NCBI GenBank assembly: GCA_964057225.1
Contig: OZ059895.1
Coordinates: 17,856,001 to 17,920,000, forward strand
Length of the DNA: 64,000 nt
From: Auanema rhodensis
Taxonomy: Eukaryota; Animalia; Nematoda
Reading direction: 5' to 3'
The notes below the pieces were generated by a model that saw only the letters and a list, made by a program, of their open reading frames with translations, made no database searches and was not told where the DNA came from. Each line of letters starts with the position of its first letter. Position 1 is the stretch's first letter. This document shows, piece by piece, positions 46,301-59,500 of this stretch. Made by a program: the position numbers and the translations under genes.

Positions 46301-49300
46301 CTGGAGGCATTTTTTTTCTTTCTGAACACTTCAGTTTGAAGAAATAACATCTGTAAATCAATTCAAAATTACCCTCAACTGCTGAGCTTCGCCTCGTTCC
46401 TGTTTCTATTTGTTTCATATTGTTCATCCACAAACAGTGACTGTATAGAAATATATTTCTATCTTATTGTAGCCTCTATAGCTCAGTGGCAGAGCGTTGG
46501 TCTTGTAAACCAAAGGTCGGTGGTTTAATCCCGCCTGGAGGCATTTTTTTTCTTTCTGAACACCTCAGTTTGAAGAAATAACATCTGTAAATCAATTCAA
46601 AATTACCCTCAACTGCTGAGCTTCGCCTCGTTCCTGTTTCTATTTGTTTCATATTGTTCATCCACAAACAGTGACTGTATAGAAATATTTTTCTTTCTTA
46701 TTGTAGCCTGGCAGAGCGTTGGTCTTGTAAACCAAAGGTCGGTGGTTCAATCCCGCCTGGAGGCAATTTTTTTTCTTTCTGAACACTTCAGTTTGAAGAA
46801 ATAACATCTGTAAATCAATTCAAAATTACCCTCAACTGCTGAGCTTCGCCTCGTTCTTGTTTCTATTTGTTTCATATTGTTCATCCACAAACAGTGACTG
46901 TATAGAAATATATTTCTATCTTATTGTAGCCTCTATAGCTCAGTGGCAGAGCGTTGGTCTTGTAAACCAAAGGTCGGTGGTTCAATCCCGCCTGGAGGCA
47001 TTTTTTTTCTTTCTGAACACCTCAGTTTGAAGAAATAACATCTGTAAATCAATTCATAATTACCCTCAACTGCTGAGCTTCGCCTCGTTCTTGTTTCTAT
47101 TTGTTTCATATTGTTCATCCACAAACAGTGACTGTATAGAAATATTTTTCTATCTTATTGTAGCCTCTATAGCTCAGTGGCAGAGCGTTGGTCTTGTAAA
47201 CCAAAGGTCGGTGGTTCAATCCCGCCTGGAGGCATTTTTTTCTTTCTGAACACCTCAGTTTGAATAAATAACATCTGTAAATCAATTCATAATTACCCTC
47301 AACTGCTGAGCTTCGCCTCGTTCTTGTTTCTATTTGTTTCATATTGTTCATCCACAAACAGTGACTGTATAGAAATATATTTCTATCTTATTGTAGCCTC
47401 TATAGCTCAGTGGCAGAGCGTTGGTCTTGTAAACCAAAGGTCGGTGGTTCAATCCCGCCTGGAGGCATTTTTTTTCTTTCTGAACACCTCAGTTTGAAGA
47501 AATAACATCTGTAAATCAATTCATAATTACCCTCAACTGCTGAGCTTCGCCTCGTTCTTGTTTCTATTTGTTTCATATTGTTCATCCACAAACAGTGACT
47601 GTATAGAAATATTTTTCTATCTTATTGTAGCCTCTATAGCTCAGTGGCAGAGCGTTGGTCTTGTAAACCAAAGGTCGGTGGTTCAATCCCGCCTGGAGGC
47701 ATTTTTTTTCTTTCTGAACACTTCAGTTTGAAGAAATAACATCTGTAAATCAATTCAAAATTACCCTCAACTGCTGAGCTTCGCCTCTTTCCTGTTTCTA
47801 TTTTTTTCATATTGTTCATCCACAAACAGTGACTGTATAGAAATATATTTCTATCTTATTGTAGCCTCTATAGCTCAGTGGCAGAGCGTTGGTCTTGTAA
47901 ACCAAAGGTCGGTGGTTCAATCCCGCCTGGAGGCATTTTTTTTCTTTCTGAACACCTCAGTTTGAAGAAATAACATCTGTAAATCAATTCAAAATTACCC
48001 TCAACTGCTGAGCTTCGCCTCGTTCCTGTTTCTATTTGTTTCATATTGTTCATCCACAAACAGTGACTGTATAGAAATATTTTTCTTTCTTATTGTAGCC
48101 TCTATAGCTCAGTGGCAGAGCGTTGGTCTTGTAAACCAAAGGTCGGTGGTTCAATCCCGCCTGGAGGCAATTTTTTTTCTTTCTGAACACTTCAGTTTGA
48201 AGAAATAACATCTGTAAATCAATTCAAAATTACCCTCAACTGCTGAGCTTCGCCCTTTTCCTGTTTCTATTTGTTTCATATTGTTCATCCACAAACAGTG
48301 ACTGTATAGAAATATTTTTCTATCTTATTGTAGCCTCTATAGCTCAGTGGCAGAGCGTTGGTCTTGTAAACCAAAGGTCGGTGGTTCAATCCCGCCTGGA
48401 GGCATTTTTTTCTTTCTGAACACCTCAGTTTGAATAAATAACATCTGTAAATCAATTCATAATTACCCTCAACTGCTGAGCTTCGCCTCGTTCTTGTTTC
48501 TATTTGTTTCATATTGTTCATCCACAAACAGTGACTGTATAGAAATATATTTCTATCTTATTGTAGCCTCTATAGCTCAGTGGCAGAGCGTTGGTCTTGT
48601 AAACCAAAGGTCGGTGGTTCAATCCCGCCTGGAGGCATTTTTTTTCTTTCTGAACACCTCAGTTTGAAGAAATAACATCTGTAAATCAATTCATAATTAC
48701 CCTCAACTGCTGAGCTTCGCCTCGTTCTTGTTTCTATTTGTTTCATATTGTTCATCCACAAACAGTGACTGTATAGAAATATTTTTCTATCTTATTGTAG
48801 CCTCTATAGCTCAGTGGCAGAGCGTTGGTCTTGTAAACCAAAGGTCGGTGGTTCAATCCCGCCTGGAGGCATTTTTTTTCTTTCTGAACACTTCAGTTTG
48901 AAGAAATAACATCTGTAAATCAATTCAAAATTACCCTCAACTGCTGAGCTTCGCCTCGTTCCTGTTTCTATTTGTTTCATATTGTTCATCCACAAACAGT
49001 GACTGTATAGAAATATATTTCTATCTTATTGTAGCCTCTATAGCTCAGTGGCAGAGCGTTGGTCTTGTAAACCAAAGGTCGGTGGTTCAATCCCGCCTGG
49101 AGGCATTTTTTTTCTTTCTGAACACCTCAGTTTGAAGAAATAACATCTGTAAATCAATTCAAAATTACCCTCAACTGCTGAGCTTCGCCTCGTTCCTGTT
49201 TCTATTTGTTTCATATTGTTCATCCACAAACAGTGACTGTATAGAAATATTTTTCTTTCTTATTGTAGCCTGGCAGAGCGTTGGTCTTGTAAACCAAAGG

Positions 49301-49629
49301 TCGGTGGTTCAATCCCGCCTGGAGGCAATTTTTTTTCTTTCTGAACACTTCAGTTTGAAGAAATAACATCTGTAAATCAATTCAAAATTACCCTCAACTG
49401 CTGAGCTTCGCCTCGTTCCTGTTTCTATTTGTTTCATATTGTTCATCCACAAACAGTGACTGTATAGAAATATTTTTCTATCTTATTGTAGCCTCTATAG
49501 CTCAGTGGCAGAGCGTTGGTCTTGTAAACCAAAGGTCGGTGGTTCAATCCCGCCTGGAGGCATTTTTTTTCTTTCTGAACACCTCAGTTTGAAGAAATAA
49601 CATCTGTAAATCAATTCAGAATTACCCTC
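40345..49629 (+). repeat. tRNA-Thr(TGT) array block 4 (~40 units)
   Basis: Same unit, 232-235 bp; two copies carry a 12-nt tRNA deletion. Confidence 0.95.
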
Positions 49630-52600
49630 TGTGGTCTTCTGTTATTTTTTGATCAGTTTCATGATCTTCTTGTTCGGAGATTGTTTTATGTTTTAATTTC
49701 ATGATGTTGAGCATGGTTTGAGTGTTTTTGGACCATGTCTTATATCTATATTGGCTGTAACCCATGCGGCATAGACAAGATACTATGAGGGTAACTGCCA
49801 TAATGGTTATTATCACTGTCCATGTTGCCATTTCTGGGGAGCAATGAGGATTCGCTATAAGTTTTGTGGTGAACATGTTAGAGTCCTTGCAACTATTGAT
49901 TTCTTCGGCATATGTCGAAGTAATTATAATCGGTAATGAAAGGGCTTTCATTATGTCAGCTGCTATTTTTGGGTTTATTTTATTTTTCCTTTGGTGTGTG
50001 GCATAGGACATTTTTAGTGGGAAGGCTTTTATATTTTCCTTCTCAGTGACCTCATCTTGTTCTGTATATTTTGCTGTTTTCACTGATGATAGTTTTGTTT
50101 TATTTTGAGGTCGATCGTTTGTTGCATCCTCATTATTCTCTGTTTCTGGAGTGTATGTATTATCATGTTGAGAGTTGTCTGATTCATATGCAATATCGTA
50201 ATTATGATTGCTATCATTTATGTTATTGTTCTCATGTATTGTTTCATCTGTATGTTCTATATGATGATCGGAGTGTATGTTGTCTAATACGGTATCAGTA
50301 TGTGCTATTCTATCTGTTGAGCTATTATTTTCTTGGACTATGTGTGAGTTGTCTTCTATGATTTTGTTGTTGCTAGTGTTGCATCTTATCTCTAGTGGAT
50401 AGAGCTGATTGATGGATCGAGTAATTATGTTTCCGTTGCTTGTTGCAACTTTTGCTGAACGTATGTTGCCATCTGAACTAGTAATTGTTTCAATAATGCG
50501 ACCTAGTTTCCATGTTCCTCGTGGCGACATGTCGTTTTGTATTATTACTATTTCATCCTTGTGAGGAAAGAGATTTGTGTGATTTTTTCTCTTGTTTTTA
50601 TGTTTGAAAATGTCTTTTAAACTAGTTAGATACTCCTCCTGGAAACGTGTCCAGAATTTAGACGCTGAGTCTTCTGATAACTGAAGAGCTTCTAGCGCTT
50701 GTTCTGTCGATTGAATCGTTTGGATATCGCTGTGAATATCGAATATATGAGTGTTATCATTGTTTTCTGGTAATGAAAACTTTATTGCTGATGTTAAAAA
50801 ATCAATTGGTCTTATGGGTAAAGCATCTAAATTATCTGGGTGTGGATGAGTGAGTGGGCGTGTATTAATTATGGCTTCTATTTTTACAATAGCTGTGTGT
50901 AAATCATCTAGTGACATTTGACTAGGAACGAAGCATTTTTTGAGGGATGATTTGGTGACACCTACTAAGCGTTCCCAACAACCTCCTTTCCAAGGAGATA
51001 GCGGAGTGTTGTATATCCATTTAATTTTTCTTTGAGCTAATGTGTTTAGTATGCTACTTTCATTGTAATCCGAGGTTTTTTCAAGGGTTTCTAATATTTT
51101 TGAGCTCAGAATAAAGTTTCCTGCGCAGTCACTGCGCATAATTTCTGGAGTACCTCTGCGTGAAATAAATCTATTAAATGCATTCATAAAGGCAACTGTG
51201 GATTGATTGGTGACTACCTCTAAGTGAACCGCTCTAGTTGTCATGCATGTAAACAGACAAATATGGACTTTAGACCCATTTCGAAGGGTGAAGGGGCCCA
51301 TAAGATCACACCCTGTTGAAAAGAATGCTCTTGTAAGAATTGCTCTGTCTTTTGGTAGCGATGGCATATCTGGTAATTCATAAGGATGTGATTGAAATCT
51401 TTTACATGTCACACAGTTTTTTAATGTTTGCTTAATGACTCCGGTTATTTTTGGTATATAGAACTTTTGTCTGAGTTGAATAAGCGTGAAATTTTTGCCT
51501 TGATGATTATTATCTTTGTGTATTTTGTTGATCAGTTTTTTAACTATGGGGTTTGTTTTGAGAAGGAATATAGGGTTTTTTGTCTCTTCGGGAAGAAGAG
51601 TATTTTGTAAACGACTTCTTACGCGATAAATGTTCCATGTATCTTTGAAGAATTTTAAATTTATATTTCTTTGCTGTAGCTCATCGAGGCTCATATTAGA
51701 TTGGCTGTTACTGATCAAAATTTTTTCAATTATGTTGATGTCTTCAACAGTATTCGTGTCTGTTGATGTGAGATGTTTTATTTTTTGCAACTTGTTGGCG
51801 TTGTTAGGATGAACTTTAAGAAACCATTTTTTGAATAATTTTCCTACGGTTGTCATTGTTTTGATCACATCATCATAGTTTTCACGAATGTTCCAAATAT
51901 CATCGGTTGGAAGATTGTCTATAATTATGTGGACCACATTGTGATGCTCCGATTCTGATTCTGCGTTATTCCTGTTAGAGTTCTTAGGCGAGCCGAATGA
52001 TGTCAGAGGGTTATGAGCGGAAAGTTTAGTTAACCAATGTGGACCCTTTATCCAGTCGGAATCTTGTAGTTTCTCGATGTCTGCACCTCGGGATCCGATG
52101 TCTGCAGTATTGTACGAAGTTTGTACATGATGTAATTCTACATTGCAACATACTTGTTTGATTTGGTGTAGCTGTTTATTTATAATGTTTGTTTGATTTT
52201 TAATGAACAGTGGGAGGGATTTTAGAGAAATAATCCATGATAGCGCGATGTTGCTATCGTTTACAATGTTGACTTTTGCCACTTTCGGGCATATGGTTAC
52301 AATAGCTAATGCCATTCGTACTGCTAAGCGGATGGCTAATAATTCTAATCGAGGAATTGTGGTCTTATTTTTGGGTGCTATGCGGGATTTACCGTTGAGC
52401 AGAGAACTAATCTGCTCGTTTGTTTGGAAATATGAACATGCGGCCATGGCTTGGTTGCTTGCATCAGCAAAGACCCATAACTGTGTTTTATGTTCAGAGA
52501 ATTTAAAATATCTTTTCATGGTCAATTGCTGATTGTTAATGTGATTAATATGTTGTTCCCATTGTTTGATATTATCTGATTAAATGGGTTGGTCCCATGA

Positions 52601-55600
52601 TAATTTTGTGTTTATGATTTCTCGCAAGATAAGTTTGAGAGGTAACAGTAATGGTGCTGCTAATCCAATGGGATTAAATATTGAGTGTAGCTGACTGAGT
52701 AGAATTCTCTTGGTGTAACTTGTGTGAGTCGTTGTTATTTTTATTGGGATAATGAAGGAGTCGTGTTCTTTATTAAAAGATATGCCAAGTATTTTGGTTG
52801 TCATGTTCGGATATCTGTCTTCTTCAGGAAGGTTCTGTATTACTTGTTCGTCGTTTGACAAGAATTCGCGAACATGCATGTTTATTTCTGTAAATAGTTT
52901 TTGGGTTTCTTTACATTTCTTTATAGCTTCTGCTGTTGTATTTGCTGTAAGAATGATATTGTCAACGTATAAGTTGTTCAGTATTTCCATAGCTAATTGG
53001 TTGTCTACTTTTGATTCTAAGAACCATTTTATGCCCATGTTCAATACGCTGGGGGATGCAGTGATACCGAACGGTAATCTGTTGAATCGAAGGGTTATGA
53101 TATTATTGTGAGATATTGGGTATTCTTTGTTTTTTATCCAAAAGAATTTGCATAGATTTTTGTGATTCTCTGTCAGTTGTATTTGTAAAAATGCGGCTTT
53201 GATATCGCATGTTATTAATATTGGTCTTGTTCTGCAGGAGATCATGATGTCGTGTATATATGTGATAAATGATCGTCCTGTGTGTATTATCTCATTCAAC
53301 GATGGGCTGTCTTTCTGTTTAGCGGAGGCGTCAAAAACGATTCTGAGAGGGTTAGCCTTGCTGGGCTTCCAAACCCCATGGTGGGGCATATAAAACTCTA
53401 AAGGCTTCTGGTGATTGTTGGGAATTTGTTCGACAATGTTATCTTTGAGGTAACTTTCAATGGTTGTAGTATAGTGTGAGAGCATTTCTGGATTGTGCAG
53501 TAACTTTCGCCATAGGGATACGAATCTATGGTACGCGGGCATTTTGTTGTTTTTAAGATTTTTGAAGTTATTTTTTAACGGGAACGGTGCAATAATGCGG
53601 TTGTTCTCAATTTTTATATCTTTTGAGTATTCTTCATAGTAATCAATAGTGCGGTCTGCGTTGGCATTTTCTGTATTGATGCCGATAGAATCCAGTTCAA
53701 ACAGATTAGTGAGGAGTTCTTTATGAGAGGTTTCTTTTGTTATTTCTTCTACTGTAGAGCATAATATTACTTCTTGTTGTGTATTATCATCGGGAAGAGG
53801 AGCTTCTCCATGTATCATGTGGCCGAATACCGAATTTTTCAATCTCATACGTGAGGGGAGTTCGGTTTCTTCGTTTAAATGCATGAACAGTTTGTATCTA
53901 TCCATACCTATCAGTATATCCGGAGTAAATGATTCTCCGTTTGTTTGTGGATTGGCTAATTTTATTTTTCTTGTCTTTATAAATTTCAAGTCTTCTTTAG
54001 ATAGTTTTGGACAACGTATGGGTGTGGTTAACATGGGTTTGGTGAATAGTTTTGTTACGATAAGGGATCCACTTGAGGTTCCAATAATTACCTTTACGTC
54101 CTGAACTTCGTGCGTTTCGGACAATGCTCCGATACCGTAAAAGGTTTTCTTTTGAGAACCAAGGATGGGCAATCCTAACTTAGTGGATAAGTCCTTGGAT
54201 ATAAAAGATCTCATGGATCCTTCATCTATGAGCATGCGTACTTGCTCATATTTTTTACTATTGTGGTTGTATATGTTCGCCATTGCTGTTCGTAATATTA
54301 CTTGACTTTCTTCAATATTATGTGTGTCGGCAATGTGATTAAGCGATACTGGTGCATTAAGTGCCTCAGTAGGGATTCGATTATTAGTGTCAGATTCTTG
54401 TTTATATTCTGTTGTTTTTTTATTCAATAATTCTTCTGTGGTGATCAGTAAAGCCTGATCTTTTTTAATTGTGGGAGTTTCTTTATCTTTTTGGATATTT
54501 TGCACGTTTTTTCTTACTTGTGAGCACAAGGAGGAATTATGGTCTCCTTGGCAATTTCGACATTTTTGTTTTCTGCATTCGGAACTTTTGTGTTTCTCGG
54601 AAAAACAAATCCAACAGATGGCCTTTCCGCGGATGCGGTGTCTTCTTTTCTCTGGTGTTTCAAATGTGGTGCAATGATAAAAGCGATGTTCGGATGAGTC
54701 GCAGAAAACACATGGCCAAGTTTGGGTTTTCCGTTGTTCTACGGAGTTTTCTTTATGTGCTACAGATGTGACATTCTCTTTGTGATTTCGAAACTTTTGT
54801 TCATGACTATTTCTTGTTTGTTCTTTTAGAAAAAAGGAATAGATTTTGTGGTCTACAGCTGTCAGCATTTCTTTAGTGGAATGGTAGTTGTTTGGATAAA
54901 TTAGAATGTCTTCCACGATGTGGTATGGGAATTTGTTGAGAATCATCGCGGTACACATTTCGCGGGATACTGTAGCTCCGGCTGCTTCAATTTGCCTGAT
55001 AAGTGCCTTGGTTTCCCCAAATGTTTCTTTACATGATTTTGCATTATTGCTTGCAAATCTCAAATTACGTAGTTGTGTTAAAAGAGAGTTGATATCCGAC
55101 GAATAGTCTCCAAATTCAGAAACTAATGCTTCACGCATGAGCTCATAATTTTGAGCAGAGGGTTCTATTCCTCTGATTGCTATTTGTGAATCGCCTTTGA
55201 GGCTTTCACAGAGTAGGTTTACCTTTTCTAAGGTTGTAAACTGTTCATTATCATGAACAAGTCTATCAAAACGGCCCCAGAATGATTTGAAGTTCTCTGG
55301 TTTGCCATCAAATGTAGGTAGCGACATCGCTGGTTTTTGGATGCTAGTTTGTTGGATGTGTAGGAATGACTTGATAATTTCCAGAAATTGATCATTCGAT
55401 TTGTTTTCTGTTTCATTGTTTTCTGTTGAGCAATTGCTGTTGTGCTCATATTCATTCTTATGAAGCATTTTTCTCAGCTTTCTAAGTATGCGTTCGGCTT
55501 TCATGATGTGTTCGTCAAGCTCAATAATGGCGTTTTGAACCTTTTTAATGTTCGGTTCAAAGTCTTCATCGGATGTGAAGGCGATGTACTGTTCGTCTAA

Positions 55601-55870
55601 TGCTTTACGAAGCGTTTTGTCTGATGCTTCGTAAAATTTTTGGAATTTTTTCTCGTTATCTTGATGATTTTTCAACGATTCTTTGAATTGGTGTTGGACT
55701 TTTGTCCAGCGAATGATAAGGCAAGAGAGGGTTTCCTCTTCTTCCTCAGTGTGGAAGTCGCAATCTACCAGAATACCAGGAAGGTCCTTCACTTCCATCT
55801 CGTATCGTGTAAGCAGTTCTCCAAGAAACTGGTTAGATTGTTTGATATGATTGACAAAAAGGAGTGACAT
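49622..55870 (-). pseudogene. BEL/Pao gag-pol polyprotein interrupted by one in-frame TAA (52582-52580)
   Basis: ORFs 55870-52580 and 52525-49622 are in the same frame, separated by a single stop plus 18 sense codons; the final stop codon lies in tRNA-array spacer sequence. Confidence 0.88.
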
Positions 55871-56143
55871 TTTAGTTGTAGATGTAGGAATAATGCTTAT
55901 GTTCCTTTTTTGTTTTCTTTTTTCTTTGTTTGTTTGGTGATCACAGTATATGTGAACGTAAGGAAATTAAAACCTCTGTTTCTAATTTCAGAGTTTGCTT
56001 ATTGTTCAAGTCTGTTTGGTGTGACTTGACGTGGACTTATGATCGCCACGATTTTTATTAAGTATGTTTTTTGCTCAAACACGCTTGGTTCGAGTTGTAT
56101 CTCACCTGCCACGCGGGACTTAAAGCGGCTAAGATCTAAACTA

Positions 56144-56155
56144 GCCGATGCACCA
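56144..56155 (-). promoter_or_regulatory. BEL primer-binding site, tRNA-Gly
   Basis: TGGTGCATCGGC lies 3 nt inside the LTR boundary; complement of the tRNA-Gly 3' end (..CGATGCA-CCA). Confidence 0.8.
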
Positions 56156-56158
56156 ATT

Positions 56159-56408
56159 TGTGGCGTTATACCACAAGTGTATAGTATGGTTGGAAGTAAA
56201 ACACAAAGCGAATATGTAGAAAAGGGTTTATTGATGAATTAACAAGACAAGCACGGAATAAAATCACTGACTGCGAACGTTGAAAAAGTAAGACTGGTCT
56301 CTTCTCGTGGGCGGTCGTCAGCCTGAAACAAAGAGTTAGTCATGCCACATGTATAACACAACATGTGGTATGGATAAAAATTACTTAGGAAGTTAGAAGA
56401 AAGAAGAA

Positions 56409-56454
<46 letters not shown>

Positions 56455-56521
56455 ACAGGAGAGACAAATAAAACAATTGTTGAAGATAAAATTTATACAA
56501 ACTCACTCGCTTATCGCGACA
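56159..56521 (-). repeat. 5' LTR of the BEL/Pao element (~363 bp) containing a (GA)n microsatellite at ~56412-56454
   Basis: Imperfect terminal inverted repeats TGTGGCGTTAT...TTATCGCGACA; bounded by the PBS and array sequence; only one copy is present. Confidence 0.78.
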
Positions 56522-59500
56522 CATATTGTTCATCCACAAACAGTGACTGTATAGAAATATTTTTCTTTCTTATTGTAGCCTCTATAGCTCAGTGGCAGAG
56601 CGTTGGTCTTGTAAACCAAAGGTCGGTGGTTCAATCCCGCCTGGAGGCAATTTTTTTTCTTTCTGAACACCTCAGTTTGAAGAAATAACATCTGTAAATC
56701 AATTCAGAATTACCCTCACCTGCTGAGCTTCGCCTCGTTCCTTTTTCTATTTGTTTTATATTGTTCATCCACAAACAGTGACTGTATAGAAATATTTTTC
56801 TATCTTATTGTAGCCTCTATAGCTCAGTGGCAGAGCGTTGGTCTTGTAAACCAAAGGTCGGTGGTTCAATCCCGCCTGGAGGCATTTTTTTTCTTTCTGA
56901 ACACCTCAGTTTGAAGAAATAACATCTGTAAATCAATTCATAATTACCCTCAACTGCTGAGCTTCGCCTCGTTCTTGTTTCTATTTGTTTCATATTGTTC
57001 ATCCACAAACAGTGACTGTATAGAAATATTTTTCTATCTTATTGTAGCCTCTATAGCTCAGTGGCAGAGCGTTGGTCTTGTAAACCAAAGGTCGGTGGTT
57101 CAATCCCGCCTGGAGGCATTTTTTTTTTTCTGAACACCTCAGTTTGAAGAAATAACATCTGTAAATCAATTCAAAATTACCCTCAACTGCTGAGCTTCGC
57201 CTCGTTCCTGTTTCTATTTGTTTCATATTGTTCATCCACAAACAGTGACTGTATAGAAATATTTTTCTTTCTTATTGTAGCCTCTATAGCTCAGTGGCAG
57301 AGCGTTGGTCTTGTAAACCAAAGGTCGGTGGTTCAATCCCGCCTGGAGGCAATTTTTTTTCTTTCTGAACACCTCAGTTTGAAGAAATAACATCTGTAAA
57401 TCAATTCAGAATTACCCTCAACTGCTGAGCTTCGCCTCGTTCTTGTTTCTATTTGTTTCATATTGTTCATCCACAAACAGTGACTGTATAGAAATATTTT
57501 TCTATCTTATTGTAGCCTCTATAGCTCAGTGGCAGAGCGTTGGTCTTGTAAACCAAAGGTCGGTGGTTCAATCCCGCCTGGAGGCATTTTTTTTCTTTCT
57601 GAACACCTCAGTTTGAAGAAATAACATCTGTAAATCAATTCATAATTACCCTCAACTGCTGAGCTTCGCCTCGTTCTTGTTTCTATTTGTTTCATATTGT
57701 TCATCCACAAACAGTGACTGTATAGAAATATTTTTCTATCTTATTGTAGCCTCTATAGCTCAGTGGCAGAGCGTTGGTCTTGTAAACCAAAGGTCGGTGG
57801 TTCAATCCCGCCTGGAGGCATTTTTTTTCTTTCTGAACACCTCAGTTTGAAGAAATAACATCTGTAAATCAATTCAGAATTACCCTCAACTGCTGAGCTT
57901 CGCCTCGTTCTTGTTTCTATTTGTTTCCTATTGCTCATCCACAAACAGTGACTGTATAGAAATATTTTTCTATCTTATTGTAGCCTCTATAGCTCAGTGG
58001 CAGAGCGTTGGTCTTGTAAACCAAAGGTCGGTGGTTCAATCCCGCCTGGAGGCATTTTTTTTCTTTCTGAACACCTCAGTTTGAAGAAATAACATCTGTA
58101 AATCAATTCAGAATTACCCTCAACTGCTGAGCTTCGCCTCGTTCTTGTTTCTATTTGTTTCATATTGTTCATCCACAAACAGTGATTGTATAGAAATATT
58201 TTTCTATCTTATTGTAGCCTCTATAGCTCAGTGGCAGAGCGTTGGTCTTGTAAACCAAAGGTCGGTTGTTCAATCCCGCCTGGAGGCATTTTTCTTCTTT
58301 CTGAACACCTCAGTTTGAAGAAATAACATCAGTAAATCAATTCAAAATTACCCTCAACTGCTGAGCTTCGCCTCGTTCTTGTTTCTATTTGTTTCATATT
58401 GTTCATCCACAAACAGTGACTGTATAGAAATATTTTTCTATCTTATTGTAGCCTCTATAGCTCAGTGGCAGAGCGTTGGTCTTGTAAACCAAAGGTCGGT
58501 GGTTCAATCCCGCCTGGAGGCATTTTTTTTCTTTCTGAACACCTCAGTTTGAAGAAATAACATCTGTAAATCAATTCATAATTACCCTCAACTGCTGAGC
58601 TTCGCCTCGTTCTTGTTTCTATTTGTTTCATATTGTTCATCCACAAACAGTGACTGTATAGAAATATTTTTCTATCTTATTGTAGCCTCTATAGCTCAGT
58701 GGCAGAGCGTTGGTCTTGTAAACCAAAGGTCGGTGGTTCAATCCCGCCTGGAGGCATTTTTTTTCTTTCTGAACACCTCAGTTTGAAGAAATAACATCTG
58801 TAAATCAATTCAAAATTACCCTCAACTGCTGAGCTTCGCCTCGTTCCTGTTTCTATTTGTTTCATATTGTTCATCCACAAACAGTGACTGTATAGAAATA
58901 TTTTTCTTTCTTATTGTAGCCTCTATAGCTCAGTGGCAGAGCGTTGGTCTTGTAAACCAAAGGTCGGTGGTTCAATCCCGCCTGGAGGCATTTTTTTTCT
59001 TTCTGAACACCTCAGTTTGAAGAAATAACATCTGTAAATCAATTCATAATTACCCTCAACTGCTGAGCTTCGCCTCGTTCTTGTTTCTATTTGTTTCATA
59101 TTGTTCATCCACAAACAGTGACTGTATAGAAATATTTTTCTATCTTATTGTAGCCTCTATAGCTCAGTGGCAGAGCGTTGGTCTTGTAAACCAAAGGTCG
59201 GTGGTTCAATCCCGCCTGGAGGCATTTTTTTCTTTCTGAACACCTCAGTTTGAAGAAATAACATCTGTAAATCAATTCAGAATTACCCTCACCTGCTGAG
59301 CTTCGCCTCGTTCTTGTTTATATTTGTTTCATATTGTTCATCCACAAACAGTGACTGTATAGAAATATTTCTCTATCTTATTGTAGCCTCTATAGCTCAG
59401 TGGCAGAGCGTTGGTCTTGTAAACCAAAGGTCGGTGGTTCAATCCCGCCTGGAGGCATTTTTTTTCTTTCTGAACACCTCAGTTTGAAGAAATAACATCT

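Larger units (their letters stand above)
49630..56521 (-). mobile_element. BEL/Pao LTR retrotransposon, 3'-truncated (5' LTR and PBS present, 3' LTR absent)
   Basis: Gag LPTFDG motif and three CCHC knuckles, protease LIDEGS, RT YVDN, RNase H FADAS, integrase DLMGP/SD/WERLVG; LTR with TG..CA ends. Confidence 0.95.

Noticed and set aside
52580-52582. Programmed readthrough in the BEL polyprotein
   Set aside because: The stop lies between RT and RNase H, not at a gag/pol boundary; a nonsense mutation in a truncated copy is simpler
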